From an uncultured Pelagibacteraceae bacterium (GTDB lineage: Bacteria > Pseudomonadota > Alphaproteobacteria > Pelagibacterales > Pelagibacteraceae), in NCBI GenBank assembly GCA_902555065.1, contig CACDQQ010000003.1, positions 130,467-194,466 of the forward strand: 64,000 nt of DNA, read 5' to 3'. The notes under the pieces are model-generated. The model ran no database searches. It worked only from the letters and a program-made list of their open reading frames with translations, and was not told the origin of the DNA. A program made the position numbers and the translations under genes. This document shows positions 60,252 to 64,000 of this stretch, piece after piece; within the stretch, counting starts at the first letter, position 1; the number at the start of each line of letters is the position of its first letter.

Positions 60252-60392
60252 ATGAAATTTGCAATTAAAGCTGGAATTATTTTTTTTATATTAATTTTGT
60301 CTATTGTTGTTTTGAGTCAGATTGATTTTCCATCCCCCAACAAAAAAATTGAAGTGATTTTGCCTAATGAAAACTTTAAAACAATTAAGTAA
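60252..60392 (+). CDS. 46-aa single-pass membrane protein; not in the ORF track
   Basis: MKFAIKAGIIFFILILSIVVLSQIDFPSPNKKIEVILPNENFKTIK; AAGGA upstream; overlaps the start of the next gene. Confidence 0.75.
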   Translation: MKFAIKAGIIFFILILSIVVLSQIDFPSPNKKIEVILPNENFKTIK

Positions 60393-62106
60393 AAAAATTT
60401 TCAAAATAACCCTAATTTTATTTTTTTATAATTATTCTTTTGCAAATGAACCAATCGATATCTGGAAAATTGAAAAAAAAGACATTATTAACAAAGAAAA
60501 TTCAACCTCAAACATAAACGTAAGTAATAATCTAAATACTAACACAACATTATCAGTTCAATCTAGTTCAGAGATAGTGATAAATAAAGAAATCGAGTCA
60601 TCCACCATAAAATTAGCTGGATTATATGATCCTGCGCAGAATGGCCTAAAAATTGACATGTGGTCGAACAGCGATGGTGAGTTAATTAAAAGCATATTAA
60701 ATAAAAATTTAAATAGAAATTTATCTGAATTTTCAAAAAAAATATTAGATATAGCTTTACTAACAAATTCATATATTCCTACAAATAATATTACTGAGGA
60801 GGAATTTTTAGAGTTTAAATTTAATCATTTAATAAACAAAAAAGATTTTGAATTAATTAAAGAATTTTTAATTAATAATTCTGAAGTTTCAAATAAAAAT
60901 AAATTGATTAAATTTTATTCAGAATATTTTCTTTCAAACTCTGAAGTAAAAAAAGCATGTGAAATATTTAATATTAGTGGTGCTATTACTGATAAGTATC
61001 TAAATAATTTTAAAATTTATTGTTTAATTCTAGAAGATAAAAAAGAACAAGCTCAACTACTTTTCGATTTGTCAAAAGAGTTGGATGAGATAGATACTTT
61101 TTTTGAAAATAAATTTAATATATTAATGGGTTACACTAGCAAAGATGAAATAATTTCAGACGAAAATATTTTATATTTTCACTTATCTCATAAAACAAAT
61201 AATAATTTTAATTATGAGCCAAAAATTGACTCACCTAGATATATCTGGAGTTATTTGTCATCATCAAATATTCTTAAAAATGTAAATTCCTTTGATATTG
61301 AAAATCCAGAAGATTTAAGATTATTAGAAAGAGCAACTCACGAAAATGTATTTGAGGAGAGAGAGCTACTAGATACATATAAAAAATTTCAATTTAACAT
61401 AACACAACTATTAAATGCCAAAGATGCTTATAAGCTACTTCCAGATTATGAGGGCAGAGCTTTATTATATCAAAGATTACTTTTATCTGTTGATGTCGAG
61501 CAAAGATTAAGTATGACGTCTGAACTATATAAATCTTTCCAAAAAAAAAAATTAGATAATGCGTTTGATAATGAAATTAAAGTAATATTAAAAAAAATAA
61601 AAAAAGATGATGTTCCTTCAAATTTTACTACCTTTTATGAAAATCATACCAACAACAAGTTAAAAAAGGAGAGAAAGATAAAATTTAATAATAAAAAAAT
61701 ACATCAGTCAAAATTATTAAATTACTTTTTAAATAAAACTAGTTTGCCCAAAGCTGAAAAGGAAACAAACGATATTTTAAAAAAAATTAAAAGAAACAAA
61801 AAATATGTTTTTTCAACAAAAGATATGATTCTTATTGAATCGCTTAAATCAGATGGAGTAAAGATAGATAAAAAATACGCAAACCTCTATGAATACAACT
61901 ATCAATTTTCCTCTGATATAAAAAAAATGCTGTCGAATGGAGAGTTAGGCTTATTATTAATTAAAATAGTAGATATTGTTGGTGAAAGTAACCTTGAAGA
62001 TCTAGATATAAACACTGTGAATTTATTAGTTTCAACTATGAATGAGCTAAAAAATGTAGATTTAAGGAACGAAATTCTAATAGAAGTCTTGCCTTTAAAA
62101 GTCTAA
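60367..62106 (+). CDS. Hypothetical exported protein, 579 aa, predicted helical
   Basis: Signal peptide-like N terminus, GLYDPAQNGLKIDMWSNS motif; no catalytic motif recognised. Confidence 0.75.
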   Translation: MKTLKQLSKKIFKITLILFFYNYSFANEPIDIWKIEKKDIINKENSTSNINVSNNLNTNTTLSVQSSSEIVINKEIESSTIKLAGLYDPAQNGLKIDMWSNSDGELIKSILNKNLNRNLSEFSKKILDIALLTNSYIPTNNITEEEFLEFKFNHLINKKDFELIKEFLINNSEVSNKNKLIKFYSEYFLSNSEVKKACEIFNISGAITDKYLNNFKIYCLILEDKKEQAQLLFDLSKELDEIDTFFENKFNILMGYTSKDEIISDENILYFHLSHKTNNNFNYEPKIDSPRYIWSYLSSSNILKNVNSFDIENPEDLRLLERATHENVFEERELLDTYKKFQFNITQLLNAKDAYKLLPDYEGRALLYQRLLLSVDVEQRLSMTSELYKSFQKKKLDNAFDNEIKVILKKIKKDDVPSNFTTFYENHTNNKLKKERKIKFNNKKIHQSKLLNYFLNKTSLPKAEKETNDILKKIKRNKKYVFSTKDMILIESLKSDGVKIDKKYANLYEYNYQFSSDIKKMLSNGELGLLLIKIVDIVGESNLEDLDINTVNLLVSTMNELKNVDLRNEILIEVLPLKV

Positions 62107-62120
62107 ACAATAAATAAACT

Positions 62121-62642
62121 ATGTCAGTAAAAGAACTAATCACAGTACCTGATGATATTCTTAGAAAAAAATCTGAGCCATTAAATAAAGTTGATGTTAA
62201 TGAAAAAAAACTCATAAAAGATTTATTTGAAACTATGTACCATCACAATGGCATAGGTTTGGCAGCGGTTCAAGTTGGAATCCTTAAAAGAGTAATTGTT
62301 TTAGATGTCTCAAAAAATGAAAACGAAAAAAAACCTTTATGCTTTATTAATCCAAAAATAAAAACTTTTAGTGAAAAAATGTCTACATATGAGGAAGGTT
62401 GTTTATCAATACCTAATACTTTTATTGAGATAGAGAGACCAGAAATTTGTACAGTATCATATATAGATGAAAATGGTGATAAGAAAGAAATGGAATGCGA
62501 TGGACTACTCTCAACATGTTTACAACATGAAATAAATCATCTAGATGGAAAACTAATCATTGATTATTTATCTAAAATCAAAAAAGATTTAATAATAAAA
62601 AAATTGTCTAAACAAAAGACCTCTAATAGAGTTGTTGTTTAA
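62121..62642 (+). CDS. def: Peptide deformylase
   Basis: GIGLAAVQVG, EGCLSIP, QHEINHLDG. Confidence 0.97.
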   Translation: MSVKELITVPDDILRKKSEPLNKVDVNEKKLIKDLFETMYHHNGIGLAAVQVGILKRVIVLDVSKNENEKKPLCFINPKIKTFSEKMSTYEEGCLSIPNTFIEIERPEICTVSYIDENGDKKEMECDGLLSTCLQHEINHLDGKLIIDYLSKIKKDLIIKKLSKQKTSNRVVV

Positions 62643-63557
62643 ATGTCAAATATTGTATTCATGGGTACACCGCAGTTTGCAGTGCCTATTCTAAAAAAAA
62701 TTAATCAAAAATATAAAATTAACTGTGTCTTTACTCAGCCTCCAAGTAAATCGAATAGAGGTCAAAAGTTTACAAAATCACCAATTCATACATGTGCAGA
62801 GGAACTTAAACTAGAAATTAAAACTCCAAAAAAAATTGATGAAGAATTTGAATATCTTAAAGAATTAAATTTAGATCTTGTAATTGTTGTTGCATACGGT
62901 CAGTTAATTTCAAAAAAAATTCTTGATTTAAGTAAAAAAGGTTTTTTGAATATTCATGCTTCATTATTACCAAAATGGAGAGGAGCGGCACCAATCCAAA
63001 GATCGATTTTAAACAATGAAAAAAAAACTGGTATATCATTTATGAAAATTGATGAAAAATTAGATTCTGGACCAGTATGTAATAAATATTCAATAGATAT
63101 TCTAGACCAAGATAATGCAGAAAATTTGTCTGAAAAATTATCTTATTTAAGTACAGAAAAAATTTTAGAGAATATGCAAAATGTTTTAGAAGGAGAGGCA
63201 ATATTTAAAGAGCAAGATCATGCAAAAGCTACATACGCAAATAAAATTCAAAAAATAGAGGGAAAGATAGATTGGAATAATAGTGCTAGTAAAATAATTG
63301 CTCAAATAAATGGATTATATCCAAAACCTGGTGCGTGGTTTGAGCTTAAAAACAAAAGATATAAAATATTAAAAGCCAAAATAAACAATCAGTCAGCAAC
63401 AATCGGAGAAGTAATCGACGAACAAATGACAATAGCATGTGGTCAAAATTCAATAAATATTATTGAGATACAAAAAGAGGGTAAGAATCCTCAATTAATT
63501 AAAGAATTTTTATTAGGGAATAAGATTAGAAAAGGAACAATAATAAAAAGTGAATAG
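62643..63557 (+). CDS. fmt: Methionyl-tRNA formyltransferase
   Basis: FMGTPQFA, VVAYG, NIHASLLPKWRGAAPIQ. Confidence 0.97.
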   Translation: MSNIVFMGTPQFAVPILKKINQKYKINCVFTQPPSKSNRGQKFTKSPIHTCAEELKLEIKTPKKIDEEFEYLKELNLDLVIVVAYGQLISKKILDLSKKGFLNIHASLLPKWRGAAPIQRSILNNEKKTGISFMKIDEKLDSGPVCNKYSIDILDQDNAENLSEKLSYLSTEKILENMQNVLEGEAIFKEQDHAKATYANKIQKIEGKIDWNNSASKIIAQINGLYPKPGAWFELKNKRYKILKAKINNQSATIGEVIDEQMTIACGQNSINIIEIQKEGKNPQLIKEFLLGNKIRKGTIIKSE

Positions 63558-64000
63558 GTATCAGATTTTAATAGAATACGAAGGTACTTTATATAATGGT
63601 TGGCAAATTCAAAAAAAAGGTAAGTCAATCCAGGAAAATATTGAGATTATCTTATCTAATCTGTTAAAAGAAAAAATAAAAATTTATGGGTCTGGACGAA
63701 CAGACTCAGGAGTTCATGCTAAAGAGCAGTCAGCACACTTTGATACTACAAACAAGATTATTCAAAAAGATAAACTAATAAATTCTCTTAATTTCTTTTT
63801 AAATAAAAAAAAAATATCCATTTTGAAAATAAAAAGAAAAAATAAACTTTTTCATTCAAGATATTCTGCAAAAGAAAGAAGATATACCTATTTAATTAGA
63901 AATGATCTTTCTCCTTCGGTTATAAATTTTAATAGAGAGTGGCATGTTAAAAAAAAAATTAATGTTGATTTGATGAAAAAAGGAGCCAAAAAGTTAATTG
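63550..64000 (+). CDS. truA: tRNA pseudouridine(38-40) synthase (partial; runs off the window end)
   Basis: From the GTG at 63550: MNRYQILIEYEGTLYNGWQIQ...GSGRTDSGVHA..Q.AHFD; follows def-fmt. Confidence 0.93.
   Translation, partial: MNRYQILIEYEGTLYNGWQIQKKGKSIQENIEIILSNLLKEKIKIYGSGRTDSGVHAKEQSAHFDTTNKIIQKDKLINSLNFFLNKKKISILKIKRKNKLFHSRYSAKERRYTYLIRNDLSPSVINFNREWHVKKKINVDLMKKGAKKLI

Noticed and set aside
61392-61419. dif-like site (ATTTAACATAA XerD arm)
   Set aside because: No XerC arm at 6-bp spacing, and it lies inside a CDS; a similar chance match occurs in uppP near 32517.

Overview
Very AT-rich, gene-dense chromosomal window. Gene content, gene order and streamlining point to a SAR11 (Pelagibacterales) alphaproteobacterium; this assignment is inferred, not searched. 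It is mostly core genome: ubiB/ubiE, mutM, rpsT-dnaA-dnaN, lysA/argH, coq7, fadD, carD/fdxA, aceEF, gltDB, thrS-infC-rpmI-rplT-pheST-lepA, gyrB, regB, cobST, aroKB and def-fmt-truA. It also holds three tRNAs (Leu-CAA, Arg-ACG, Ser-GGA), a TAXI-TRAP transporter cluster and a small GT2/FkbM insert. I found no mobile element, CRISPR array or rRNA. The most striking signal is missing from the ORF track: a self-contained transcription unit at about 14278-14501. It encodes a 27-aa protamine/histone-H1-like peptide (MAKRRKKAAKKKTKKKAKKKAKKKKRR) and has a sigma70-like promoter, a strong SD, a GANTC-pair hairpin and a strand-specific terminator. Its 5' and 3' UTRs can pair to enclose the ORF and hide the SD. 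It sits tail-to-tail with a CarD that carries its own ~110-aa Lys-rich extension. Two further small genes missing from the track (an LptM/LppL-like lipoprotein and a 46-aa membrane protein) and several unusual variants of core proteins (lipoyl-AceE fusion, RegB lacking the H+1 acid, remodelled GyrB and LepA) are reported.
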